Assembly: GCA_010093605.1 (NCBI GenBank)
Contig: MU004185.1
Location: 1,013,334-1,077,333 of the forward strand
Source: Lophium mytilinum
Taxonomy: Eukaryota
Reading direction: 5' to 3'
DNA length: 64,000 bases
Both the position numbers and the translations under genes were made by a program. Shown here piece after piece: positions 12,837 to 24,959 of this stretch. Position 1 is the stretch's first letter. The number at the start of each line of letters is the position of its first letter. Under the pieces are notes generated by a model, which worked only from the letters and a program-made list of their open reading frames with translations, searched no databases and was not told where the DNA came from.

Positions 12837-15291
12837 ATGCAGGCCTGCGATCGCTGCCACTCTCGAAAGACGCGCTGTGACCGCCGGTTACCAAGTTGTA
12901 CAGCTTGCGAAAAGGCTGGAGCTCAATGTCTGCACAGGGATAAGTTGAGGCAGCGGCACATGCCCCGTGGCTATGTTGATGGAATCGAGAGCAGGCTGCA
13001 AACCACTTCGGAAGAAAACGCCAGACTGAGGCACGAACTAGCTACACTGCGCAGTTCTGTTGGTCCTGGAAACAGTGGAAGTTCGCAAGCTACCATTAAC
13101 TCTCCTAGAGCGCACAGCTGGGACCAAGGCTCCTACAGTGTCAATCCTGTCATGAGCGATGGCCAAACCGACACGAGAAGATTTGATGCCGGACTCAGTG
13201 GAAGCCCGCAAGGCGCCATCAACTCTAACAACGGAAACGGATGGAACCAGGGCTCTTATAATGCCAACCCCGTCATGAACGAAGAGCGGACCGACGCGCG
13301 AAGATCCACCGACAGTCCTGCGGTTGAGCCACCAACGAGCGCAGAAAACACCCCAGGATCGGCCGAAGATGCAGTCAGCACTGAAGTGGGCTATCTGTCA
13401 CTTAAAGCCACAGGCGAGACTCGCTATGTCGGGTCTAGCAGCGGCATCGGTCTAGCCAGCATCATCAGTCATATGGTTGATGAAGGCGCAGGGCTCACAC
13501 TGCTGCCCACGGACATGAGAGATGCGAATCCTCCCGGTCCTCTCAACACCGCCGGCCCTTGCTTGGATAGCTCACTACCCCCACGACAATCGGCGATGCC
13601 TTTCATAGAGGCATACTTTCAACATACGCACATCACTTTCCCGTTGCTACATCGTACAAGCTTTCTCCGTACTGTCGACCAGATATATAGCGATCCAGAC
13701 TATTACGCATCACACACGTACGACGCATACGTATTCGACATGGTCTTGTCAATCGGAAGCTCTAACTTCAATCGATTCGGGGATGCATCAGCTAGCTCGG
13801 CAACCCATTATTCTCGGGCACAGTCGAAATTGCCTGCTGTATTGGGGATGCCCAGCTTGAGACCACTTCGGGCAATCATCCTCTTGTCACAACACGGCAT
13901 ATTTAGCAATCTCAAAGACACCAGCGCTAGCATATGGCATCTAATCGGAATAGGTGTGAGAATATGCTACGAGATGGGGCTTCATCTCGAACCGCGATAC
14001 CCTGGTAACTCGGGAGATGCGCAAAGTCGGCCCGTGACGTTCGAAGAAGAGATGAATAGGCGGTGCTTTTGGTGCCTCTACAACCTCGACCGGTAAGTTA
14101 CCTGAATTAAATATGGGGGCACCACGCTACTGATACTCATTCTATAGGGTCGTAAGCTTCACTTTAGGTCGTCCGGCCGCCATCAAAGACGAGGACATTG
14201 ATGTCTCGTTACCTGCGTATTTCGATGATTCTGAATTCGGTCCTGGTAGACCTCTCCCTCAACAGCTGGCCACTGGCTTGAGATCGTCTCCATTCTTGCA
14301 TCTAATTCGCATCCGTCGTCTGTCCGGAGAGATTCTCGTGGCATTTTATGCTGCGAGGCAGAATCCCAATCTATCTTATGACGAAAAACGAAAGCTTCGA
14401 CAGAAACTACACGAGCAAGTCGTCAAATGGAAGGACGACACAGTGCATCTCAACTTGGTTGCAAAACCCGAACACAACGGGTCTTTCAAATCCTGCTTCT
14501 TGTCTGAGGAGTGGTACACAGCTGTGTTCAACAACGCCATGCTTCTCCTCTACCGGCCTTCGCCATCATTCCCTCATCCCACCAACTCGGCAAATCAGAG
14601 CAACGAAGAAGGGGATCTCTTGCACCTGTTCACTGCCGCCAAAAGCACTATCAATGCATACGCGGAGCTGCATAGCAAAAGGCGTCTCAATTATTCTTGG
14701 ATAACGTTGCACGGAGTCTTTCTCGCTGGCCTTGCATATGTATACTGCGTCGGTCGGGCCCTGAAGGATCCTACGCCGCTTTTACCAGTCCCAGCATATC
14801 TAGAAATCATTGACGATACCCGCGCCTGCTCGAACGTTCTAGTGGCTATCTGCGAGCGATGGAATGTCGTCCGTCGATCTTGCGAACTTTTCAACCGGCT
14901 CAGCAACGCCGTCATTCGTGACGCCGTCAATGACGCAGCCAAACAGCACCATAGGACATTTACCCAAACATATACTCCGGACCAATCTTCCAGGCCGGTG
15001 CAGAGTCAAGCAACTCCGACTCAAGGTAGCGCACAGCAACATAGCACGGCGCCATCCAATTTCAACGACTTTGGCATGGCCATGGATCAAATACCCATGG
15101 GAGACCACTTCTTCGTGGCCGACGAGTTTAGACAGTACTCGGAAACGTTTGATGGCATGTTTTCAGACGACCAAACTTTTCCGAGTGAGCTTGTGACGGG
15201 CTTTTCTCAGGATTGGCCGTTCGATGACACCTTTGTTCAACAACCAACGTACGGGATGCCGATGCAGCATGAAGACAACCTGCAGCATTGA
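12837..15291 (+). CDS. Zn(II)2Cys6 fungal transcription factor with Fungal_trans middle region
   Basis: ACDRCHSRKTRCDRRLPSCTAC..C binuclear cluster followed by a coiled coil, then YFQHTH..FP and RRCFWCLYNLDR. One intron at ~14093-14147, and an acidic C-terminus. Confidence 0.95.
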
Positions 15292-15400
15292 CACCACTGA
15301 GAGCGACTATCTTCATGTGTTTAAATTAATTCACTGTATCTGTACAGAGGCTGTATTTTACATTACGACTGGCGACTTGACCATCTGAATGAAAATTTCT

Positions 15401-17821
15401 TCAAAGTTTGCTTGTTCGCGTGACAAGCTTCTCCTCCCCGTCGACAGGGAGCTTCTGGTACTTCTCATACTCATCCAAGCTGTGTGGATTTGCCACTGTG
15501 CCGCTTACAGCTACCGTCCGTCCGCTGACTAAATTCTTGACGTTGATTTCGCACTTCTTCCCGTTCACCGTATACGGAATATCAGCAACCTCAAAAACGA
15601 ACTTCGGGACATGGCGAGTTGAGTACTTCTGCCGTATAGCCTGCTTTACTCTCGTCGCCAAGTCCTCGCTAAATTTTTGGCCGGTCTTCATCTTCACAAA
15701 TAGAAGGACACGCTCGTCGGCGTCAATCTCTCTTCTCTGACCAACGCAAAGGCTGTCTTCAATCTCAGAAAACAACTCGGTTACCGCATAGATCTCCGCT
15801 GAGCCGAAGCGAACGCCAGATGGATTGAGAACGCCGTCCCTGTTTCGTCAGCATTTGATCGAAGTTGCGCTTCAGCATGCACTCACGATCTTCCTAGCAT
15901 AATGAGCCCCTGCGTATCTTCCTCCACTAGAATGAAGTCCCCTTGGCACCAGATCTTGTCGCCAAATCGCTCAAAGTAGGACTTGCGGTACCTTTCGACG
16001 CCTCCGGCCCCAAAGAATTGAAGGGGCTGGCTCGGGAACGGTCTGGTGCAGACTAGTTCGCCGGGCAGCCCCGCTGATTTGACAGGTACACCGCTATCCT
16101 CGGAGGCGTCAAAAATTTCTACGGCCATACCTAACGCTTTGGATTGGATCTCGCCTGGGAACACAGGAAGTAAGGGCGTTCCTCCCACGACTGGACTAGT
16201 AAGCGACAAGTTCCGCATTTGAGCATGTGAGAGCTGGACTTACAGCTTCCCGCGATATCTGTTCCCCCACTCATAGAGACCAGTTGAGCGCTTGGTGGGA
16301 ACGCTGTCTCATAGAACCAGTGGTACATATCAGCAGAAAGAACCGCACCCGTCGAAGTCACTGTCCTCAGGTGCTTTAGATTATAGGACTCTCCTTGAAC
16401 GAGTTAGTAGGGAAGCTGAACGAGATATCTAGCGGATGATTACTGGGCACGATGCCGCGAGCTCTGACCTCAGCCAAATATCTAGGCGAAGTGCCAAATA
16501 CAGACACTCTGTATTATGTTAGCTAGCGCTACAACATTGGTTCAGGAGGTCATTACCCAACATCTTCTGCGAGCTTCAGGAGGACTCCGGGTGTTGGATG
16601 GAACGGCGATCCATCGTACAGCATCAACGATTTAGCGGAGCAGAGGTTGACGAAGTTCAACACCCACATCACCCATGCAGTCTGCTTCATCATCAGAAAC
16701 GCGTTTTGTTGATTGTTTTGCCAGATCTTACGGTTGTGTATTGAAACGCTATGTCCGTATCTCGCATATCGTGCTGCAGAACGGAATCGGTTTTCACTTT
16801 GAGCAAGACTCCCTGCGAAAAATGTCAGTCGAGCGTAGTGTCGGCATGGAATGGTTCAATCACCCCTGCGGAATGAACGATGCACTTGGGTGCACCCGTC
16901 TGCGAAAGAGTTAGCGCTGACCCTCTTGATCCAACCCGGGAGACCCACCGTTCCGGAAGAAAAGAGTATAAAAGCTGGATGGCTGAAAGGCAGATAGTTA
17001 AAGTCAAGATCACGGCCGATTCCACCCCTAATGAATTGCTTCATCGTCTCACCACGATGAACGCTACCAGTATCAATCCCCAAATCGCAATACGGCACAA
17101 TCACCACTCCACTCAGATTCCCACCCGCTAGCCGGTGCGACCAGTCCTTAATTCTGTCGCCCAGGCGTATCAACTTGCCCCCGTAAATATACCCATCGTC
17201 TGCAAACACAAGTTTCGGCTTCACTTGCGAGAAGCGCTCCACAATAGCATCTGCACCCAGTTCACACGACGCGGACGACCACAGCGCGCCAATTGACAGC
17301 GCAGCAAGGCAAATCACGAATGCGTCTACTGAGTTCGAGATGGCGGCCGCGACGACGTCGGAAGCTTCTACACCATGGCTAATCATTGCGTCGCGCATTG
17401 CGCGCACCCGCCCGCGCAGCGCGCCCCAGCTGACTCTTTCTACGCCTGCCACGCCTTCCCGAACGAAGTGGATGGCGGTCTCATCGTCTTTGCCGTTGCG
17501 GAGCAGGTATTCGGCGATATTCAGCTTCGCCCGGGGGAAGAACTTGGGAGGGGGGAAGAGAGCGGTGTGGGTGTCTTCGAGCGCGGGTCCGGGGTCTTTG
17601 CTGTGCCCTTGTGGCGCGATATCGAAGAAGGTGTATGCGTCTATCCAGAAATCCTGGAAGGTGGAGGGGTTGATGGACCAGCTGTGTAGGTCGCTGTAGG
17701 ATTCGAGCTGGAGACCGCGTTGGCTGTTCGTTCTTTGGATGAATTTTGCGGCTGGTGTGTTGGATATCGTGGTCGGAGTTGGTTGCCATACGGGCGTCTT
17801 CTGTGGTGGAGATATGGGCAT
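15401..17821 (-). CDS. Acetoacetyl-CoA synthetase-like AMP-binding ligase with C-terminal PTS1 (SKL)
   Basis: Motifs FFPRAKLNIAE, ILFSSGT, SMSGGTDI, GELVCTRPFPSQP, WCQGD, GRSDGVLNPSGVRFGSAEIY and PYTVNGKKCE match the AACS family. Ends ...RTSKL*. Confidence 0.9.
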
Positions 17822-18503
17822 GGCGTGAAGCTGGGAAAGGTACACTCTAGGAGAGAATGGATGGGTTGATAGAGATATTCTAGAGATAGAACTATGGGAG
17901 TCGAGCGTGGACTTGAAATAAAACGCGGCTGCTTTCCTCCGTGACCCACTCTACTATTGTTTTCAGGTCCATGTCAAACGAAGGCACGTCTGAGTACGCC
18001 GAGTCACGGGTATTCAGATTGATGCTGACGTTGCCGAGTACCCGGGTCCGTACCGGAGGTTTCGGTGGAGGTTCCGGAGTAGACCGACGTAGTTAGTTTA
18101 GATACGATTCAGGGGCTAGTCCGGAGCTTTCTCTCCCGACCAGCGGGGTGCTTAAAAGCTCGTCTCGGCGACCGCCGACAACACCACAATCTTGCCAGAG
18201 CTTCCCTCGCGTGCTGGTGTGTTTCTGATGGCGTTCGATGCAAGGAAACTCGGGGGCAGCCCCGTTTGATCCTTTTCCCCGCACCCCAGATATTCAGCTC
18301 TGCTTTACCCCACACAACACTATGGCCGCTCAGCGAATCAGCTTTACAGAAGCCCTCCACCTCCATCGAGCAGGGTGCTTTTTCTGTGAAGAGGGAGAGG
18401 AATGAAGGATATCAATACCCCTATATGAACTCAATCCTCTCAGCATTTCTGTGACCACCTCAGACCTGATAATCCCGCTGCAAATAACTCGCACTGATTC
18501 AAC

Positions 18504-20437
18504 ATGGCGGTTATTTTGTCCCCCTTTGAACTCCTGAAAGCCTACTCTCTGCCTCTCCTTGTCCTTCTCCTAGTTACTCATTTCATCATCAATCGCTATG
18601 GAACGGGCCTGCGAAAGGTCCCCGGTCCTTTCCTGGCCTCCTTGACGGACTTTTGGCGCTTATACCACTCCTACGCGAGCAAAGGCCACAAAGACTACCT
18701 TCTACATCGACAGCACAACTCCCCCATTCTCCGCACAGGCCCAAATACAGTAGCAATCGCAGACTCAGAGGCAATACGGGTGATCTATGGCTGGAAGCCC
18801 GTCTTTCGCAAGGTTGGCGCGCTCCTGGCGCATCTCCGGCTTCTATCAACTCACTGATACTTTGCTTCCAGTCTCAGATTTACACTACACAGGCGCAGCT
18901 CAGTCCACAAGGACAGCTTGTCGATAATCTTGCCTCCACTATGGACGAGCAAGAGCATACGAGAATCACCAAGCCGGTAGCGAATTCGTACAATATGAGC
19001 ACGATGGTCGAGTTTGAACCGCTTGTTGACTCCACATCGCAAGAGTTCGTGCGCCAGATGACTGAGAGGTTTGTGAAACCTGGACGAGAGTGCAGGCTTG
19101 ACCAGTGGCTTCAGATGTATGCCTTTGATGTCATGTAAGCTTTTCCAGTATTCGGCTATAACTCTGGGCACATGTATGCTACTGCTGGGACGCCCCTAGA
19201 GGAAGCTGGATACCACTGTCAGGGGCAGCTTTGTTGACACAAAGCCGTTCCGTCAGAAAGCAGCTCAGAGTACACTGCGCAAAGTACGACATTGCGCCTA
19301 GAGTACGGAAAACTCAAAAGGACAACCCTAGCAGTAGCAGACTAGTATGCATAGACTTATAGCCAGTCGCTATCTATCCTCGCCCCGCCTCCATTCAAGT
19401 TCTGACCAAGATAAAGCGGCGAGATTACGTTCAGCAAGCGTTTTGGTTTTCTAGAGACCGGCCAGGACATCAACGATATGATGCACCACACTGCCAAGTT
19501 CATGACATACACCGGAACCGTAAGTCTGAACCAGGCTCCAAGTCAGACTGACCCTAAACTCTGAACCGCGCAGATCGGGCAAGTCCCCAACCTCGACTGG
19601 TACTTCCGCATCAAAAACCCACTACTCCACATCTTGCGGCCAACAAGCAACATCCTAAGCTTCACCCTCAAACAAATCCAACAACACGAAAAATCCCCCG
19701 AGAAAAACAATCGCGACCTTCTATCCCGCTTCATCGAAGCGCGCCACAAGTTCCCCCACATCGTCGACGACGACCTCCTGCACGACTACACCAACACCAA
19801 CGTAGCAGGCGGCTCCGACACCACCGCGATCATGCTCCGAACGCTCGTCTTCAACATCTCAACGCGGAAGCACGTCCTCGATAAACTCCTCGCCGAGATT
19901 AGCGCAGCCATGCAGGCGCGTCCAAGAGACACCGACCTCGACGCCCCAATCACCTGGGCCGAGGGGCTAAGCATGCCATACTACCAAGCCTGCCTCAAAG
20001 AAGCCATGCGCTACCACCCACCCACCGCTCAGATCCTCCCGCGCGTGGTTCCGCGCGGCGGTGTCGAGTTCTGCGGGTTCTACCTCCCGGAAGGCACGAA
20101 TGTGGGATGCAATGCGTGGACCGTGCACCGCGATAAGAAGCTGTACGGCGACGATGCCGACGAGTTCCGCCCGGAGAGGTGGCTGGAGGCTTCGAGCGAG
20201 CGGGCGAAGAAGATGGAGGCGTTGCTGTTTACGTTTGGGGCGGGGAAGCGGGCGTGTATTGGGAAGAATATCGCGTTGTTGGAGATGACTAAGTTTGTGC
20301 CGGAGTTTTTTAGGCGGTTTGAGGTAAGGGTTGTGGATGAGGGGCGGTATAGGATTACGAGTTCGTGGTTGGCGGTGCAGAGTGGGTTGGATGTTTATTT
20401 GACGCTCCGTCCGACGGAGTCGCTGGTTGGGGGGTAG
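18504..20437 (+). CDS. Cytochrome P450 monooxygenase
   Basis: N-terminal TM segment and PGP hinge, AGGSDTT (I-helix), EAMR (ExxR), PERW and FGAGKRACIG heme motif. Three introns, including a 282-nt one at 19135-19416. Confidence 0.95.
19182..19334. mobile_element. Putative MITE relic inside P450 intron 2
   Basis: TA|CTGCTGGG...CCTAGCAG|TA gives short imperfect terminal inverted repeats flanked by TA. It would explain the unusually long intron. Confidence 0.4.
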
Positions 20438-20744
20438 AAGGGCTTAGAGGTTATGGGGATTAAGAGCTGACTAGTGATACGACTCCAAATACGATGTCAT
20501 TTTCGATGTAGTGGATATTGGGCTACCTTTGGTCGGGCCACCGACCTGCCAGCCGAGACACTCCTCACAGTGGTGTCAAGCGAGCAAGATTGGAGCCCCA
20601 GCAGTGAGATATCCGCGGACCCAAACTTATGATCTAGTGCTAGGTACAGATTGAAGAACTAGATGTAGCTGCAAGGACAAAGTCGCGTGAAGACTGCGCG
20701 TAAGGACGTGTAAAAGCATATATGAGACCATTTAGTGACTAAAC

Positions 20745-20898
20745 AACCGGGGTTCGGTTTGCAGGGTCGGGTACAAATGTATCGTTCTGCACGTGGAATT
20801 CAGGCTTCGATCTTAAGCAGCGGTTGATAGGCTCTGGAGTCCTTGGAAGTCTTAAGTGTAGGTGAAAATAGGATTAGAATACATTGCTATCTACAGTA
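20745..20898. repeat. Dispersed repeat family C, copy 1 (inverted homologue of 25691-25845)
   Basis: Its reverse complement (ctactgtagatagcaatg...ccctgcaaaccgaaccccgg) aligns collinearly with 25691-25845 (ctactgtagattgcaaaac...ccctgcaaatcagaccccgg). Confidence 0.75.
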
Positions 20899-21154
20899 GT
20901 GCAGGGGTTATTCTATAGGGAAGCGTATCAAAAGCGTGAAGTCGTACTGGACATAAGATCGTCGCGCCAATTTAGAGGTAGTCGTGCCAATTTAGAGGTG
21001 CCGAATAAGTACATATGGAGCAGGATCATGTAAAATAGTAGGAATATGTCCTAGATGTGGGTAATGGGGTGGCCTGAAGGGTAGCACGTGTCGCAAGTAC
21101 CCACACTACGTGATGTATTAGCCACCAAAAAGCGCACGTTAAGGGTAGTATTAC

Positions 21155-21841
21155 TTACTGAGACAGAATGTTTCCACATAAACGGCATCTCCCCTCCGAT
21201 GAGCACCGTCCTTGGACTTCGGGTGGCGCAGTATGGTGTCTCTGTAGAATCCGGGGTGCCTCTGCTTCCGCGAATGATGTAAAAGAGCGCGATATGTAAC
21301 CCGGAGTGCGTGGTGTAGCTGACGCTTCGTTCGAATATTTGTTGTAAATGGGCCGAGGCTGGTAATTTTGGGAGAAAGTGTACGCCGGGTGCTGAGGTGC
21401 CATATGGCTATACGCTGAGGGTTCACTATAGGTACATAACGTGGCAGAGCTGGCGGTGAAACTGCCGTTCTGGTAACCCTGTGTGTAGATGGGCCGACGT
21501 GGGGTAGGAGGGGTATGAAACCACTCGGCTTGGGGCATGGATGCAGTCGCAGTGTTGCCATAAGGTGTCGAAGACCAACTTCCACTTTTGTTGCTCGATG
21601 TGTCGAAGGACGCGTAGTAGGAAGCAGATTCGCCAGAATTTGAGCCGTTCGCTGGATGTTGAGACTGGAATCGGAGCCATGCGTGGTCTGGTGGCTCTTC
21701 GTCTTGATGCAAGTAGGTTGAGTCTACTTTCTGATCGGCCGCTCTTTCGAGCAGGATCGTGGTGGTGTCGCTGTGAGTGCGCTTTGTGATTCCGAGCAGG
21801 GTGATGGTTTTGAGTACGGTTTTGGTTGGGCGACGCATATT
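21155..21841 (-). CDS. Hypothetical Ser/Thr/Pro-rich protein
   Basis: Long open frame with a probable start at MRRPTK and a C-terminal C-x6-C-x2-C. No family recognised. Confidence 0.4.
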   Translation of the reverse strand, partial: NMRRPTKTVLKTITLLGITKRTHSDTTTILLERAADQKVDSTYLHQDEEPPDHAWLRFQSQHPANGSNSGESASYYASFDTSSNKSGSWSSTPYGNTATASMPQAEWFHTPPTPRRPIYTQGYQNGSFTASSATLCTYSEPSAYSHMAPQHPAYTFSQNYQPRPIYNKYSNEASATPRTPGYISRSFTSFAEAEAPRILQRHHTAPPEVQGRCSSEGRCRLCGNILSQ

Positions 21842-22438
21842 GCTTTGATGAGAGTGTGCATGTATGGAGTCGATGAAATTTCGGCGATAGTTTGGCTGTT
21901 GGCTCGATGACGAAAGCTCGAAGTGGAAGAGAGAATGATTGACTGGGTGGGTGGATGCTCTGAGAAGATGATGAGAGAAGGAGAGAAGGGGACAGCCCAC
22001 GGCCTAAATGTATAGCCATACTCTCCAGCTGGCTTCTGCTGCCCGTGACTGTCAATGTATGAGTCTTTGAGGTCTGGATGGTAGACGAACTGGGCTTAAG
22101 AACGGTGGAACGGTGCCCGACGCCCCTGACGCTGTGCTTCCTTGCTAAACCTATACCATAGCACTTAGCACGAGTCAGTGGGGCTACGCATGATTAGCGA
22201 AAGCTGGAGCTGAAACAAGTACTACCCTTCGCGCTAATGGGTTGGTCTTCTTGTCTTTTCGTACTCCATGAAACGTACGCCATGTAGCATTGGAAGCAAA
22301 CAACCCCACAGCCTTGGGGGCACAGCCTCGATGACCACGGACAAGGATGCTACAGTGCCCGAAGCCCCTGAAGACAATGGCTGAGCTGGCTCCCACCACG
22401 TTTCAGGCTGCAGTCCTTCTTTGACTCCAACATCTTCA

Positions 22439-23412
22439 ATGGCACTGCCAGTTCCGGTCACTGCCGGCTTGCCTTTCTCTCTGGGGAATGCTGCACCAGT
22501 GGTGCCAGGCAGAGCTACCTCCCCTGACCCGGTCGACGACAAACGCAAGAACGAGCAGACTTGGAAGTATCAAGGCTACAACGAGTTCTCCAAATGGATG
22601 GCGTCAGACGATGACTTTTTCGTACTCAGGCGATTTGGCAAACTCAACGCCTTGGCGATCCTTTGGCTACAGTACCGCATCGTGAATATTGAAGATGAGC
22701 TGGAGGCCATACATGAGACAATCGCAGACGCGGCGCTTGAGACCGGAAGAAAGAACAGCAGCTTCAAAGCTGATGAAAAGCAAGAAGTAAGAAGGGCCAA
22801 GCTGATGGGTGACCTGTTAGACCTTTTGCAGAAATACAGTGAGGTTGACAGCGATGATTGAGCAAAGGAGAGCTGCTTACCGTAGTAGATGAGTATATAA
22901 CGACATATTCGACGATACGAGCCCGCAGAAGAGCGTCAACCAGACAGATAGCCAACGTCAAGAATTGGGCCACTCGTAAGGCGGTTACGACGAACGAAAT
23001 GAGATATCTCAACCACCCAGGCGACCTAATCTCTATCTCCGACAGGCCCCGGCCGGTCATCCACGCCCTCCTCAACAACCGCCTATTACGCAAAAGCCCG
23101 ATTTTCCGCAAACGTCGTTACGAAGACACCCATATCGACTCCGAGTCCACCTCCTACGCTAGCAATAATCGCCTAGAAGCATTTAGCAATTCCAGCATCA
23201 TCTTCTTAGGGTTTGGCATGCTACTTGGGCCTATGTGGTGGTTGAATTTTGTCACAAATAACACCAAGAGGCTCAGCATTATAACAGGCTTCGTGCTGCT
23301 TTCGATGGTAATAATGTCGTTGGCGACAGTGAATAGACCGCTTGAGGTGGTAGCGGCGACGGCGGCGTATGCGGCAGTATTGACGGTTTTTATGCAACTT
23401 GGGGCGAATTAG
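22439..23412 (+). CDS. DUF6594-like membrane protein
   Basis: GY.EFS.WMASD.DFFVLRRF..LN motif, then C-terminal TM helices ending ATAAYAAVLTVF. One intron at ~22839-22888. Start uncertain. Confidence 0.75.
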
Positions 23413-23915
23413 GGGTGCGCAAGACGTGGTGCCATATCCAGGCTTCAGATTGGACTTTCTTCGTATGCGTTTTGCAAGCGATGAAAAATATTCGAGGCGC
23501 TCCCGAGCGTATGAAGCATTATTGGAAATGAAGTTTCCCAGGGCCCGACTTTGGCTTGTTCGGTACTATGCACTGTCCCGGCGCTCGATTCTACCTACCT
23601 CTCGGGAGGTAGGAAGACTGGCCCTCGAAATTGGATGCTGCACGATATCATGTTGCGAGGGTATTGAAGGTGCGGGAGCACTTCGAGTACTTGGAGGCCA
23701 TGTTATTTCTTCACAGCCGAGGTCCTGATTTAGGGTGGTCAGTAATACACATCGCCCGAGAGTCTGATTTTGCCCCAGATTCATGATCCTAGTCGCGGGA
23801 CGCCCTGAATCAGACCTCAAAACAAGAGTTCCTGTAAACGTGAATGCAGTGTTGAGGCCCTTCAGACAGTGGCTTGTATATGGCAAAACTCCAAGAAAGC
23901 ATGTTAGATTTGTAA

Positions 23916-24959
23916 TCACCTCTCCTCTTCGAGTACTTCCGCACCCGGATCTGGCCCCCACATAATCTCCTTCTCATACTTCTGCATCAAGTATCCCGTG
24001 GGATCATCTCCTTCAACATGCGCCCACGCACCAGCGAAGTGAATTACGAATGTTCCTCTCTCCCAAGCTTGCTCGGACTTATCAAAACAATGAATCTCTT
24101 CAGGAAATGCATTGATTTTCCACTGCGGGATCGCGACCGCATGCTTCACGAAGGGGTCGTTGGTCTTTAGAAAATCTCGCATGGATTCTTGGTCGTTGAG
24201 GCCGTTGCCTTTCTTGTCTTCTACGTCGTGGAGCTTGCGTACGCGGTTGAGGAACTCGATGGAGCGAGGTGACGAACGGACGATGAACGAACCGTCATTG
24301 AGGCCATTACTATAAGAATATAAGAGCCTAGACTTCCTTTGAAACTTTCTAGGAAAGACCAACAAGGAAACACGTCGAGCAGGTATTGATATAGGAAAAA
24401 AGACTTCTTACCAATCATCGGTTAGCAAGAAATCAATATCAGCAGGCGTCGTTACATTCGCTAAGCTGTCATTAATGATGTCCGCGACTTTGATATCCGT
24501 ATTCGTAATCAGTGTATCAAAGTCCATCCACCAGATCCAATCATGCTGCTTTTCCTTGATGAGGCGTTCGACCATATCGAATTTCAACCATGTAGTTCCA
24601 CGCTCGGCATGCGATTCATAGTCAACAATTAAATCGTATCCATATCGCTGGGCATAGCCTATAATGGTTCAACATCGTATTCTTGAGCTACATAAAAGTT
24701 ATTTCCGAGCTTAGGGTTGCTTACGTGATTTGTTCTTCAACGAGAGGTGGATATACGACTTCTGACTCGTGATGAATGTGATAATCGCGATACGCGGACC
24801 TTTAGCGGGAGCTCCTTTAGCGGAACTCGGTGGATTTGCAATTGCACCGCCATTGTGGTATTGCTCTGATGTCCAGTCGAATCTCCAGAGCAGAAAGATG
24901 AGGCCGAGGAAGAGAACCGTGGCTGTCGTCGTGGCGTTCGGCAGGCCCCGGGATAGCAT
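23916..24959 (-). CDS. Glycosyltransferase family 34 (GMA12/MNN10-like)
   Basis: Type II TM anchor with YAQRYGY, W.KF, WIWWMDFD (DxD), GLNDGSF, DQ and FVIHFAG motifs. Two introns. Confidence 0.85.

Noticed and set aside
1..20437. Secondary-metabolite biosynthetic cluster
   Set aside because: No backbone enzyme (PKS, NRPS, terpene cyclase, DMATS) is in the window and the enzyme set looks degradative. A backbone gene to the left of the window cannot be excluded.
20507..20893. Solo LTR (TGTAG...CTACA)
   Set aside because: No target-site duplication is visible, and homology with the 25.7-kb copy extends past the CA end. Kept only as repeat family C.
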